Below are positions 10,384 to 20,795 of a stretch of 64,000 nt of DNA, in pieces (within the stretch, counting starts at the first letter, position 1; each line of letters starts with the position of its first letter). The notes beneath the pieces were generated by a model. It saw nothing but the letters and a program-made list of their open reading frames with translations, ran no database searches and had not been told where the DNA came from. This DNA is from an uncultured cyanobacterium (GTDB lineage: Bacteria; Cyanobacteriota; Cyanobacteriia; Cyanobacteriales; CAWUOF01). Made by a program: the position numbers and the translations under genes. Location: contig CAVUSO010000001.1 in assembly GCA_963744145.1 (NCBI GenBank), forward strand, positions 448,001-512,000, written 5' to 3'.

Positions 10384-12369
10384 ATGACAACTGACGTAGT
10401 TTTAGACGTTCGGAACCTACAAGTTCAATTTCCCACTGATGAAAGACTAATTAAAGCTGTTGATCAGATATCCTTTCAAGTCCAACGAGGACAAACCTTG
10501 GGAATTGTAGGAGAATCGGGTTCAGGTAAATCTGTCACCTCCTTAGCTATTATGGGACTGATTTCCACCCCCGGAAAAATAACCGGGGAAATTTGGTTTC
10601 AAAAAATATCTTCTGATCAGGAAAATCCAGAACCAGTTAATTTAGTGGAATTGTCCCCAGAAAAAATGCAGAAATATCGTGGGGGACAGATTTCGATGAT
10701 TTTCCAAGAACCCATGAGTTCCCTCAACCCTGTATATACGATCGGTTTTCAACTCATTGAAGCTATTCGTCAACACCAAAATATTTCCGAACCAGAAGCA
10801 AGAAGACAAGCGATCGCACGTCTTCAAGAAGTAAAACTACTACCCAGTGATGAGCAACTTCGACAACAATACCTAGAAGAAAACCCAAATCTTCTATCTG
10901 AAGCTGAAATTAATCAAAAAATCAACCAACAGAAACTAGAGATTTTAAAACGCTATCCCCACCAATTATCAGGTGGACAAATGCAACGGATTATGATTGC
11001 AATGGCGATTTCTTGTAATCCTTCTTTATTAATAGCAGATGAACCAACTACAGCTTTAGATGTAACCGTACAAGCTACGATTCTGCAATTATTAAGAGAA
11101 TTGAGAGATCGAAGACAAATGTCGCTCGTTTTTATTAGTCATGATTTAGGAGTAATTGGAGAAATTGCTGATACCGTCGCAGTTATGTATCAAGGTAAAA
11201 TAGTTGAATATGGTGCCATTTTAGATATCTTCACTAATCCCCAACATCCCTATACTAAAGGATTATTAGCTTGTCGTCCCCGGGTAGATCGACGAGTACA
11301 ATTTTTACCAACTGTCTCGGATTTTATGGAAGTGAAGACTACTGTAAATGGGACAATTGAAATTCAAGAAAAATCAAGAGATAACTCGAAAAATCTGAGT
11401 GAAGAAATTAGTGAAGATACTCACCATCAACGCTTAATTAAATTACAAGAAAAATCTCCGATTTTAGTAGTTAAGGATTTTCAAGTTTTCTTTCCGATTC
11501 GGGGAATATTTGGTGAAACTCAACGCTATTTTAAAGCAGTCAATCAGGTTTCTTTTAACGTTTATCCAGGAGAAACCCTGGGATTAGTAGGGGAATCTGG
11601 ATGTGGAAAAACTACCTTAGCTAGAGCTTTACTACAACTAATTTCCCCTTCGGGAGGTAGCGTATTTTTTGAAGATCAAGAAGTCACCTCTCCTTTCTTA
11701 CAGCCAAATCACTCACATCCTCATCCAATTGCATATTTTAATCTGAAAAATTTAACCGCAAATTATCGCACTCAGACGCTCTATAATCGCAAATTGCGCT
11801 GGTTAAGAAGAGATATGCAAATTATTTTTCAAAACCCTTTTAGTTCCCTTAATCCTCGGATTAATATTGGTGATGCTGTGATGGAACCTCTGCAAATTCA
11901 TCAAGTTATCAAAAAAAGAAAGGAACAACACGATCGCGCAGCTTATCTGTTAGAAAGAGTTGGTTTAGATCCGGATTTAATGAATCGTTATCCTCACGAA
12001 TTTTCCGGAGGACAACGTCAACGTATTTGTATAGCTCGTGCGCTAGCTTTAAATCCCAAATTTATTATCTGTGATGAATCAGTTTCAGCTCTTGATGTCT
12101 CAGTTCAAGCTCAAGTGTTAAACTTATTAAAAGAATTACAAGCAGAATTTGGGCTAACTTATATTTTCATTTCCCACGACTTAAGTGTAGTTAAATTTAT
12201 GAGCGATCGGATTATGGTGATGAACCAAGGAAAAATTGAAGAAATTGGTCCTTCAGAAACTATCTATCGACAACCACAACAAGAATATACCCGATCGCTG
12301 ATTGCTTCTATTCCCCTTGGTAGTATTGAAAGAATCCAGGAATGTCAGCGCTCACGAATCACGAATTAG
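10384..12369 (+). CDS. Peptide/nickel-type ABC transporter ATP-binding protein with two ATPase domains
   Basis: GESGSGKS and GESGCGKT Walker A motifs; YPHQLSGG and YPHEFSGG signatures. Confidence 0.93.
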   Translation: MTTDVVLDVRNLQVQFPTDERLIKAVDQISFQVQRGQTLGIVGESGSGKSVTSLAIMGLISTPGKITGEIWFQKISSDQENPEPVNLVELSPEKMQKYRGGQISMIFQEPMSSLNPVYTIGFQLIEAIRQHQNISEPEARRQAIARLQEVKLLPSDEQLRQQYLEENPNLLSEAEINQKINQQKLEILKRYPHQLSGGQMQRIMIAMAISCNPSLLIADEPTTALDVTVQATILQLLRELRDRRQMSLVFISHDLGVIGEIADTVAVMYQGKIVEYGAILDIFTNPQHPYTKGLLACRPRVDRRVQFLPTVSDFMEVKTTVNGTIEIQEKSRDNSKNLSEEISEDTHHQRLIKLQEKSPILVVKDFQVFFPIRGIFGETQRYFKAVNQVSFNVYPGETLGLVGESGCGKTTLARALLQLISPSGGSVFFEDQEVTSPFLQPNHSHPHPIAYFNLKNLTANYRTQTLYNRKLRWLRRDMQIIFQNPFSSLNPRINIGDAVMEPLQIHQVIKKRKEQHDRAAYLLERVGLDPDLMNRYPHEFSGGQRQRICIARALALNPKFIICDESVSALDVSVQAQVLNLLKELQAEFGLTYIFISHDLSVVKFMSDRIMVMNQGKIEEIGPSETIYRQPQQEYTRSLIASIPLGSIERIQECQRSRITN

Positions 12370-12378
12370 AGGGACAAG

Positions 12379-13485
12379 ATGAAAAGAATTATTTCTCAAT
12401 GTAAAAAAGAATTATCCCAGTTTAAACGCGATCGCTTAACCTTAGCTTTAGCATTTATCCTTCCTCTAGTAGCTTTGTTAATTTTTGGTTTTGCTATTCG
12501 TCTGGAAGCTAAAGATATTCCCCTCGCAATTCAAGATTTTGATCGGAGTCAACTGAGTGAACGCTATGCAGAAAGATTATTCGCGACTAATCAATTTACT
12601 GCTGTACCTTGGAGTCTAAATAAACCGATCGAGGTAGCTATTGATCAATCGATCGCTAAAGCAGGAGTAATTATTCCTCCTGATTTTAGTCGTCGGATTA
12701 ATTCAGGTAAAGTGGCTGATGTCCAGGTATTAGTAGATGGAACTGATACCAATAATGCGCGGGTAATTAAAAACAGCATTAAAGCGACAACTAATGATTT
12801 TTTGATTGCGGAAGCATTAATTCCTAATAATAATGCGGTTACCACTAGCTCTCGTCTCTGGTTTAATCCTGGTAGACAAGAATCACTCTATATTGTACCA
12901 GGAGTTTATGCGGTAATATTGTGGATTTTTCCTTCTCTATTATCAGCGATCGCCATGGTGAGAGAAAAGGAAAAACAAACGATTTTACAAGTTTATGCTT
13001 CTAGTATTAGTTCGACGGAATTAATCTTAGGTAAAGGATTAGCCTATTTAATTATTGGTTTGGGAATGGCAATCACTATCATGGGTTTAGGTGCGTTAAT
13101 TTTTAGCTTAAAATTAGCTGGAGATCCGACTCCTTTATTGCTTGGTACTCTGCTATATTTATGGGCAAGTGTCATGTTTGGAATCATGTTAGGAACCCGT
13201 ACTAGCAATCAAAATTCTGCGGTCCAGGGAGTTTCCCTCGTGGGATTTTTAACAGCTTTACTACTTTCAGGTTTTATCTATCCTTTGAGTAATATTCCCT
13301 TTCCCTTATCGCTTTTACCTAATGTAATTCCCGCTCGTTATTTTATCGAAATTACTCGTGATGCTTATGTCCGAGGGATTGGTTGGAGCAGTGTCTGGTT
13401 TGCGATCATCATGATTTTCGCGATCGGAATGATGCTTTTTAATGTCGCTAGAAAAGTTCTCAGTCGAATGCAATTATCGGATTAA
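12379..13485 (+). CDS. ABC-2 type exporter permease (YbhS-like)
   Basis: KKELSQFKRD N-terminus, VDGTD, WFNP, VREKE motifs and several transmembrane segments. Confidence 0.9.
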   Translation: MKRIISQCKKELSQFKRDRLTLALAFILPLVALLIFGFAIRLEAKDIPLAIQDFDRSQLSERYAERLFATNQFTAVPWSLNKPIEVAIDQSIAKAGVIIPPDFSRRINSGKVADVQVLVDGTDTNNARVIKNSIKATTNDFLIAEALIPNNNAVTTSSRLWFNPGRQESLYIVPGVYAVILWIFPSLLSAIAMVREKEKQTILQVYASSISSTELILGKGLAYLIIGLGMAITIMGLGALIFSLKLAGDPTPLLLGTLLYLWASVMFGIMLGTRTSNQNSAVQGVSLVGFLTALLLSGFIYPLSNIPFPLSLLPNVIPARYFIEITRDAYVRGIGWSSVWFAIIMIFAIGMMLFNVARKVLSRMQLSD

Positions 13486-13494
13486 GGTAAATTT

Positions 13495-14613
13495 ATGTTT
13501 CAGTGGTTATTTGGTAGTCGATTATGGGCATTAGTTCGCAAGGAAATTAATCAAATTCTCCGCAATAAACAATTAATTGTTTTGTTGATTATTCCCCCAA
13601 CAGTTCAATTACTGATTTATGGATATGCACTTAATCCAGAGATTCATTATCTCAAAATGGGAGTTGTCGATTATGCTCAATCCCATAACAGTCGAGAATT
13701 AATTTCTGCTTTTAAGGAAAATCGGATTTTTACCTTAGAATCAGTTTTATCAAGTGAAAAAGAATTAGAACAACAGGTGGAGCAGGGAAAAATCACTACA
13801 GGAATTGTGATTCCTCCAGAATTTAACCGAAATATTACTAAAGGAACACCAGCTGAAATCCAAGTTTTTATTGATGGAGTAGATGCTAATACTGCGGGTA
13901 TTGCTAATGGTTATATTAGCCAAATTGTTGGTCAATATAATCTCAATCTGATGGGACAATCGATTACACCACCGATCAATACTAATGTGGTATTTCTCTA
14001 TAATCCTGGATTAACCAGTAGCTGGTTTTTTGTTCCTGGTGTCATTGGGTTAGTTTTAACTCTGATTGGTTCCATTGTTTCTTCCGTTACCGTTGTGCGC
14101 GAAAAAGATACAGGTACATTGGAACAATTATTGATGACACCTGCTGAACCTTGGGAAATTTTGCTATCGAAAATTATCCCCTTATTTATGCTATTAATGG
14201 GTGATGTTTTTCTCGCTTTAACGTTGGGAACCTTGATTTTTCATCTACCTTTTAATGGTAATTTTTTACTGTTTGTCTTATTATCTGCCCTCTATTTATT
14301 TGTAGGAATTGGGATTGGGATTATGCTAGCAACAGTCTGTCAATCTCAACAGCAAGTAGTCTTAACTACCTTTTTTATTAATTTACCAATGGTACAACTT
14401 TCAGGTGCGATCGCTCCGATTGAGACTATGCCAGATTTTTTTCGCTATATCTCTTGGTTGAATCCTTTACGTCATTATGTAGCGATTATTCGTGGAATTT
14501 TACTCAAAGGTGTAGGTTTAGAAGCTTTGTGGATGCACGCTCTCTGTCTAGCTATTTTTGCGATCGTCTTACTTACCATTAGTATTCGTCAATTCCGTAA
14601 TCAACTTAGTTAG
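13495..14613 (+). CDS. ABC-2 type exporter permease (YbhR-like)
   Basis: VRKEINQILR, IDGVDAN, YNP and VREKDTGTLEQLLMTP motifs. Confidence 0.9.
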   Translation: MFQWLFGSRLWALVRKEINQILRNKQLIVLLIIPPTVQLLIYGYALNPEIHYLKMGVVDYAQSHNSRELISAFKENRIFTLESVLSSEKELEQQVEQGKITTGIVIPPEFNRNITKGTPAEIQVFIDGVDANTAGIANGYISQIVGQYNLNLMGQSITPPINTNVVFLYNPGLTSSWFFVPGVIGLVLTLIGSIVSSVTVVREKDTGTLEQLLMTPAEPWEILLSKIIPLFMLLMGDVFLALTLGTLIFHLPFNGNFLLFVLLSALYLFVGIGIGIMLATVCQSQQQVVLTTFFINLPMVQLSGAIAPIETMPDFFRYISWLNPLRHYVAIIRGILLKGVGLEALWMHALCLAIFAIVLLTISIRQFRNQLS

Positions 14614-14653
14614 AGTTGGCTAATTTTTTCTTCTCCATAGTTTTGTTACGTTG

Positions 14654-14683
14654 CAATACGGTTCACTTAACTGAACTGTATTG
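14654..14683. mobile_element. 30-bp minimal MITE (fused TIRs) with a perfect 10-bp target-site duplication
   Basis: TGTTACGTTG (14644-14653) + CAATACGGTTCACTTAACTGAACTGTATTG + TGTTACGTTG (14684-14693). Confidence 0.8.
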
Positions 14684-14715
14684 TGTTACGTTGGAAATAA
14701 ATTTTTGTCATAAAT

Positions 14716-17178
14716 TTATATACCGTTACATTTAAAGGGTTTAAGCCAAGCTGAACCACCAGTTAAATTTGGGATATAAGTAACTAATTTAATTTTCCCA
14801 ACTGGATCGATTATCCAACCTGTTGCTTCCACCAATTGATGTCGCTCTTGCTGCACCCCAACCCGCGAATTTTGACTCAGTTTTTGATCAGGAGGGTTTT
14901 CCGATCTCGAAAAATCTTGCCAATCGCGCCAAATAGTTTGACCTCGGATCGTTGTGGTGGGATCTTCTGGTAAACCACCCAGTCCAGTCACAGTTAAAGA
15001 GTTACCTTGATTAGCTGCACATCCTACAGCTACTTGATGAGTAGGATCTTCTACTTGAGCTGGTAATATGACTAATCCAGAACTAGGGTTGACGGCTGGA
15101 TTGTTAATATTGATTGTACCAGAAAGTCCATACTGAGAACTGGCTGTAACATCGCTATCGGCAGACGTAAATAGTCCTTGAGTAGTGATCTCAATATTAC
15201 CACCTTGACCTTTAATAGCATTAGCCGTAATGTTACTACTTTCCAGGAGAACCAAGTTATCGGTATTAATATTGATATTACCCCCATTCCCAGCACCACC
15301 CGCGGTAGTAGTAATATGACTATTATGGCGCAATTCGAGATTCTTTCCTTGTAAGACAATATTACCACCTTCACCATTAGCAGTAGTAGCTGTAATCGCG
15401 ACCTTATTATCCAAAAAAAGTGATCCAGTATTGATACTAAGTGCCCCGGCCATGCCATTGCCCTGATTTTGGACACTGACTAAACCTCCATTCAGAATAC
15501 TTAATTTCGGAGTGTTAATTGTCACCTTTCCCGACGTTCCACTGGGAATTGAAGCTAAGTTTAATGTTTTTTGTGTATATTGATCAATTGTAGTAAAGGC
15601 ATTTATCTCAGATGGAGTCAATGCTCCTGGTGTTTGACCATTTACTTCAATCGATTGAAGAGCATTAATCGTAATATTTCCTGCTTTACCAGTCGAGTAA
15701 GATGCATCTGAAACCTCTCCTGAATTTTTGATCATTAACGTTGAGGTATTAATGGCTACACTACCACTATCTCCTGGGCCATAAGTTGCTGCTCCTAGTG
15801 TACTATTATTAGCTGCAGTTTGTACTCCGGCTTGTAAGCTGCCTATGATTTCTATGTTGGTTGCAGAAACTGTTAATTTGCCGCCGGTTCCAGAACCCAA
15901 TGTACCAGTCAGGATCTCTCCTCCTTGCAAAGCTATTAAATTTCTTGTTGATATATTTATGTTGCCCCCATTAGCCAGACCAAAATTATAATTACCAATG
16001 TTACTGGGATTGGTAAGTAGTTGAATTGAATCGGAAGCATTTATATTAATATTGCCACCTTGGCCAAGACCATAATTTAGCTGATTTATGAAGCCGCCAT
16101 TTTGGATCAAAAAGTCTTTAGTTGAAATATTGATGTTTCCGCTATTACCACCTGCGAATGTTTGGTTAAATATGCTACTAGGAATTGTGCCATCAGCAGA
16201 AAATCCATTTAATTGAAAAGATTCAGATGCGTTAACATTGATATCTCCGGTTGGTTGAGTCCCATCGTTTTCCATCAAAAATACTGAACCACCATTCAGA
16301 ATTACGTTTCGACCTTGCACAGAAATCGCCCCACCACCATTGCTGCTGCTAACATTAACTAATGCTAGTTGAGATAAATTTATATCATTCCAACTTTGGA
16401 CACCTTGATAGTTAAACATCCAGCCCGTTGCTGAGGAATTAAAATTCACCTTACCAGCGCTAACACTTCCTAATTCAATCCGTCCTGCTGGTGCCATTAA
16501 TATACCTCCTTGTAAATTAATTGCACCTCCAATTAATGCTAAAGATTGTCCAGATGCTACTTGCAAACTATCCGGGTTATTGCCAATAGTCAAACGAGAA
16601 ACAAGTGTATCAGTAGTGATATTAGCACCAGGACCATTCACATTAATTGCGCCTGGATTTGACCCAAACTGTAATCCAATTGGTACACTAATTGTTAACA
16701 ATGGTGAAATTGATGGATTAGTAGCACTAAAAATAGTGCCATCTGCAAAAGTAATCTGATTAGCTGTACTCCCTAAAAATGAACCACCGAGATTTAAACC
16801 CGCATTAGTTCCAAAATTAATTCCATTAGGATTAAGGAAAATTAAATTAGCAGTACCATTAGCTTTCAGGGTTCCATCAATATTAGAACTTAACCCACCC
16901 GTAACACGAGTAATAATATTTTGGGTATCTAATGTATTATTAAAAAATGCTGTACTTCCCGTGGGCACAGAAAACTCTTTAAAACTATGAAATAAATTCC
17001 CTCCCACTTTAGTGCCACCATTGATAGTAATATTATTACTATTATTCGTAACCAGAGAATTTCCTGATAAAGTCGCATCGGGAACAATTTGACCGATCGC
17101 CCCACTCCCAGAAAACAAGTTGGTCACCAATAGACTAATCGCAATCCCATTCCCAAAATTTGCTCTTAGCATATTCAA
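14716..17178 (-). CDS. Filamentous haemagglutinin-family (TpsA-like) exoprotein
   Basis: QIVPD...NLFHSF...NIITRVTGG...NPNGI secretion domain, Gly/Asn-rich beta-helix repeats, and a cyanobacterial C-terminal GGLP...EATGW segment. Confidence 0.92.
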   Translation of the reverse strand: MNMLRANFGNGIAISLLVTNLFSGSGAIGQIVPDATLSGNSLVTNNSNNITINGGTKVGGNLFHSFKEFSVPTGSTAFFNNTLDTQNIITRVTGGLSSNIDGTLKANGTANLIFLNPNGINFGTNAGLNLGGSFLGSTANQITFADGTIFSATNPSISPLLTISVPIGLQFGSNPGAINVNGPGANITTDTLVSRLTIGNNPDSLQVASGQSLALIGGAINLQGGILMAPAGRIELGSVSAGKVNFNSSATGWMFNYQGVQSWNDINLSQLALVNVSSSNGGGAISVQGRNVILNGGSVFLMENDGTQPTGDINVNASESFQLNGFSADGTIPSSIFNQTFAGGNSGNINISTKDFLIQNGGFINQLNYGLGQGGNININASDSIQLLTNPSNIGNYNFGLANGGNINISTRNLIALQGGEILTGTLGSGTGGKLTVSATNIEIIGSLQAGVQTAANNSTLGAATYGPGDSGSVAINTSTLMIKNSGEVSDASYSTGKAGNITINALQSIEVNGQTPGALTPSEINAFTTIDQYTQKTLNLASIPSGTSGKVTINTPKLSILNGGLVSVQNQGNGMAGALSINTGSLFLDNKVAITATTANGEGGNIVLQGKNLELRHNSHITTTAGGAGNGGNININTDNLVLLESSNITANAIKGQGGNIEITTQGLFTSADSDVTASSQYGLSGTININNPAVNPSSGLVILPAQVEDPTHQVAVGCAANQGNSLTVTGLGGLPEDPTTTIRGQTIWRDWQDFSRSENPPDQKLSQNSRVGVQQERHQLVEATGWIIDPVGKIKLVTYIPNLTGGSAWLKPFKCNGI

Positions 17179-17206
17179 AACTTACCAATCAATTCTTAAA
17201 TATAGC

Positions 17207-18337
17207 CTAATAATTAATAGTCTGATTGTCAAGGAGATGATTTAACCACTGTAACCATTGTTGAGCGCGAAATGACCAATTACCTAAACGGTTAGTTTGG
17301 GCAACTTGATGTTGGAGATAATTTTCAAGTATCCTAGCATCACCAGCAAGAAATTGGTGCAGTAAATTGATCGTTTCTTGGAGAAACCAGGTTTGATAAT
17401 CGGTGATATTTTTAGTGAGGGGGATTAAGCTGGCAAAATTAGCTGTAGTTTCTGGTAAAGCAGCTAAATGACTAGTCACCACTAAACAACCACTCGCGAT
17501 CGCTTCCATGACAGCAATACAGGAGGTTTCTCGACAGGTACTAGGATAAGTTAGTATACTCACCGAACGTAGTTCTTGAGCTAATTGAGGTTGAGCGATC
17601 GATCCCAGATATTCAATTCCTTCAGTTTCACGACATTGACGATAAAGAACTCCATAATTTTGTTCATCTTCATCGTCAGAAAATTGATAAATTTTGATAC
17701 TAGAAAATACTTTTAACCTTGTACCTGGTATGGCTTGACGAATTTGGGGGAAAATATCAATTAAAATCTGAAGACCACGGTCAGGTGGACTGGTATAAGC
17801 AAGAATAGGAGGTCGCGATTTAGTAGTTAAAATTGACTGATTGGTCGCAAACATATTTGTGAAAGCAGGAGCGATCGCATTCCGGATCACACAACTACGC
17901 TCTAAGTTAATCCCAAAATAGTGATAAAATTCTTCTTGTTGCCAATTACTCACAAATACCATCCCATCATAGATATTTCTTTCGGCTGGATTTTTTAAAG
18001 CACTGGCAAATTCAGTGAGATGATATTCGTGCATCCAATAAATCAATAGAGTATCTGGATTTAAAAGTCGTTTGATTTCTAAACCAAAACCTGCTAGAGT
18101 TACAATTATCACTACATCCAGGGGTATAGATTGGATTTGATATTCCCATTTTAGACAATTTACTCCTCGATACAATCCGGTCCTAGAGGTATGATTAAAT
18201 AAAAATATTTGATGACCAAGTTTAGCTAAGGTTTCTGCTAGATAGCAAAGAGCGGATTGTGTACCTCCTAAAGGACGTTGATAGGGAGTTTCTGTGGTAT
18301 AATCCATTTCTCTTAAATCCAAGAAGGCAATTCTCAT
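17207..18337 (-). CDS. Glycosyltransferase family 4 (paralogue 2)
   Basis: PLGGTQSA, YTSPPDRGL and ETSCIAVMEA (EX7E) motifs. Confidence 0.88.
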   Translation of the reverse strand: MRIAFLDLREMDYTTETPYQRPLGGTQSALCYLAETLAKLGHQIFLFNHTSRTGLYRGVNCLKWEYQIQSIPLDVVIIVTLAGFGLEIKRLLNPDTLLIYWMHEYHLTEFASALKNPAERNIYDGMVFVSNWQQEEFYHYFGINLERSCVIRNAIAPAFTNMFATNQSILTTKSRPPILAYTSPPDRGLQILIDIFPQIRQAIPGTRLKVFSSIKIYQFSDDEDEQNYGVLYRQCRETEGIEYLGSIAQPQLAQELRSVSILTYPSTCRETSCIAVMEAIASGCLVVTSHLAALPETTANFASLIPLTKNITDYQTWFLQETINLLHQFLAGDARILENYLQHQVAQTNRLGNWSFRAQQWLQWLNHLLDNQTINY

Positions 18338-18382
18338 ATTTGATCAAAATAAATAAACTATTCTAGTTAACTAGAATAACAG

Positions 18383-19528
18383 CTACTTGATTGAAAAAAT
18401 CGATGATCTTTTAGTGCGAAGATGATTTAACCATTGTAACCATTGTTGAGCGCGAAATGACCAATTACCTAAACGGTTAATTTGGGCAACTTGACGTTGA
18501 AGATGATTTTCCATTATCCTATTATCACCCTCAAGAAATTGGTGTAGTATCTTGATCGTTTCCTGCACAAAACAAATTTTATATTCGGTCGGATTTTTAG
18601 TAATCGGAATTAACTGAGCAAAATTAGCTGTAGTCTCTGGTAAAGCAGCTAAATGACTGGTAATCACTAAACAACCACTCGCGATTGCTTCCATCACTGC
18701 AATACAAGAAGTTTCTTTATATATATTAGGATAAGTTAATACATTCACCGCACGTAGTTCCTGTGCTAATTGAGGTTGGGAGACAGACCCCATATACTCA
18801 ATTCCGACGGTTTCACGACATTTATGGTAAAGCTTTCCAAATTCTTGTTCATCTTCGCGATCGCGATCGGTAATGCGATAAACTTTTTTACTGGAAAATA
18901 CTTTTAAAATTGTCCCTGGAATCGCTTGACGAATTTGGGGAAAAATCTCAATTAAAATCCCCAGACCTCGATGTGGTGTACTAGTATAAGCAAGAATGGG
19001 AGGTTGAGACTTATGTGCTAAAATTGACTGATGTGGGGGAAAAAGATGACAGAAACTAGGTGCGATCGCATTCCGGATCACACAACTACGCTCTAAATTA
19101 ATCCCAAACTGATGATAAAATTTTTCTTGTTGCCAATTACTCACAAAGACTATCCCATCATATACATTCCTTTCTTCTGGATCTTGCAATGCTTTGGTTA
19201 GTTCTGCGGTATGAGATTCCTGTACCCAAAAAATTAATTGAGTATTTTTATTTAATTGTGTTTTGATATTTAACCCGAACCCTGCTGTATTTAAAATTAT
19301 CACAGTATCTAGTACCAGAGACTGTAACTGAGATTCCCACTTTAGACAAGTTACTCCTCGGTAAATTCCTGGTGTGGAAGTCCGATTTAATAAAAATACC
19401 TCATGTCCAAGCTTTGCTAAATGTTCTGATAAATAACAAAGAGCAGATTGGGAACCTCCTAAGGGTTTAAAATAGGGAGTTTCCGTGGTATAGTTTATAT
19501 ATTTCAAATCCACAAAGGCAATTTTCAT
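18383..19528 (-). CDS. Glycosyltransferase family 4 (paralogue 1)
   Basis: PLGGSQSA, YTSTPHRGL and ETSCIAVMEA motifs; colinear with 17207-18337. Confidence 0.88.
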   Translation of the reverse strand: MKIAFVDLKYINYTTETPYFKPLGGSQSALCYLSEHLAKLGHEVFLLNRTSTPGIYRGVTCLKWESQLQSLVLDTVIILNTAGFGLNIKTQLNKNTQLIFWVQESHTAELTKALQDPEERNVYDGIVFVSNWQQEKFYHQFGINLERSCVIRNAIAPSFCHLFPPHQSILAHKSQPPILAYTSTPHRGLGILIEIFPQIRQAIPGTILKVFSSKKVYRITDRDREDEQEFGKLYHKCRETVGIEYMGSVSQPQLAQELRAVNVLTYPNIYKETSCIAVMEAIASGCLVITSHLAALPETTANFAQLIPITKNPTEYKICFVQETIKILHQFLEGDNRIMENHLQRQVAQINRLGNWSFRAQQWLQWLNHLRTKRSSIFSIK

Positions 19529-19630
19529 CAGTAAAAATTAACAGTTCCACTGAAACAATAGTTACCACTAACTGATTTAATTATAATTGCACCTTGGTCT
19601 TAGTAATTAGTTAAGGAATTTGGCAAAATT

Positions 19631-20341
19631 ATGGTAGCAGCAGATCCCGCACAATTGATGAAACAAGAAGTTGGAAAAGCCGCCGCTGCTCTGGTAACAT
19701 CTGGAATGATTGTGGGCTTAGGTACTGGCTCAACTACAGCATACACGATCCAGTTTCTAGGCGATCGACTCAAATCTGGAGAGCTCCAAAATATTAAAGG
19801 AATCCCGACTTCCTTTCAAGCATCTGTCTTAGCTAAACAGTATGGTATCCCCTTAACTACCTTAGATGAAGTGGATCACATTGATATTGCCATTGATGGT
19901 GCTGATGAAGTTGATCCTCAGAAAAATTTAATTAAAGGGGGTGGTGCTGCCCATACCCGTGAGAAAATTGTCGATAGTCTAGCAAAACAGTTTATTGTTG
20001 TTGTCGATAGCTCGAAACTAGTAGAGCAATTGGGTTCTACTTTTTTACTACCAGTTGAAGTATTACCTCTTGCTTATACACCCGTAATGCGTACAATTGA
20101 AAAGCTGGGTGGTAAACCTCAGTTACGCATGGGAGTCAAAAAAGCTGGACCTGTAATTACTGATCAAGGTAATTTTGTTATTGATGTTAAGTTTGATTCA
20201 ATTGAAAACCCAGCAGAATTAGAAAAAACCTTAAATAATATCCCTGGGGTTTTAGAAAATGGTTTATTTGTTGGTGTAACTACTTTAGTCTTAGTCGGTG
20301 AGATTAAAGATGGTAAACCTTATGTCCGGGAAATTTCTTAA
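19631..20341 (+). CDS. rpiA: Ribose-5-phosphate isomerase A
   Basis: GLGTGST, DGADEVD and KGGGAA motifs. Confidence 0.98.
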   Translation: MVAADPAQLMKQEVGKAAAALVTSGMIVGLGTGSTTAYTIQFLGDRLKSGELQNIKGIPTSFQASVLAKQYGIPLTTLDEVDHIDIAIDGADEVDPQKNLIKGGGAAHTREKIVDSLAKQFIVVVDSSKLVEQLGSTFLLPVEVLPLAYTPVMRTIEKLGGKPQLRMGVKKAGPVITDQGNFVIDVKFDSIENPAELEKTLNNIPGVLENGLFVGVTTLVLVGEIKDGKPYVREIS

Positions 20342-20388
20342 CCCAATCGAGTGGTATTTTTTTTCGCTCATAAATAGATAACCCGATT

Positions 20389-20419
20389 AAAAAAACCCTC
20401 TAGTATTGCTACTAGAGGG
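20389..20419 (-). terminator. Intrinsic terminator oriented for a minus-strand transcript
   Basis: CCCTCTAGTA/TACTAGAGGG stem with A7 on its left, i.e. U7 on the minus strand. Confidence 0.75.
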
Positions 20420-20649
20420 GAAACTTTTCTATAGGACCCAAGAGGAAAGGTAATTTTTTACCCTTTTGCGGAGAAACATCTTTTAATTATCTCATTTATA
20501 ATCATATTTGGTGTTCCTGATCTGAAAAATTTTATCACTCTGAATGGAAAGTGAGGATTTTTTGGCTTGATTTTCTGCTTCAATCCAACTTAAGCTCCTC
20601 ATTGCTGACAAAATTGTCTGAATTTGTTGGCATTTCCTAATTATTAATA

Positions 20650-20663
20650 GTAACAATAACTAC
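20650..20663. promoter_or_regulatory. Putative NtcA box
   Basis: GTAACAATAACTAC fits GTA-N8-TAC with A/T-rich flanks; no -10 at the canonical ~22-nt spacing. Confidence 0.4.
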
Positions 20664-20795
20664 ATTTTGACTAATATTAATTTTCTTTTAATATCGCTGA
20701 TTTTGCTAGTTACTATTTTTTTTAAGATCAGCAAGCGAATAACAGCAATATTTCCGAATCAGATCAGATGGGTAAGATTTGTAACGATCGACTGC

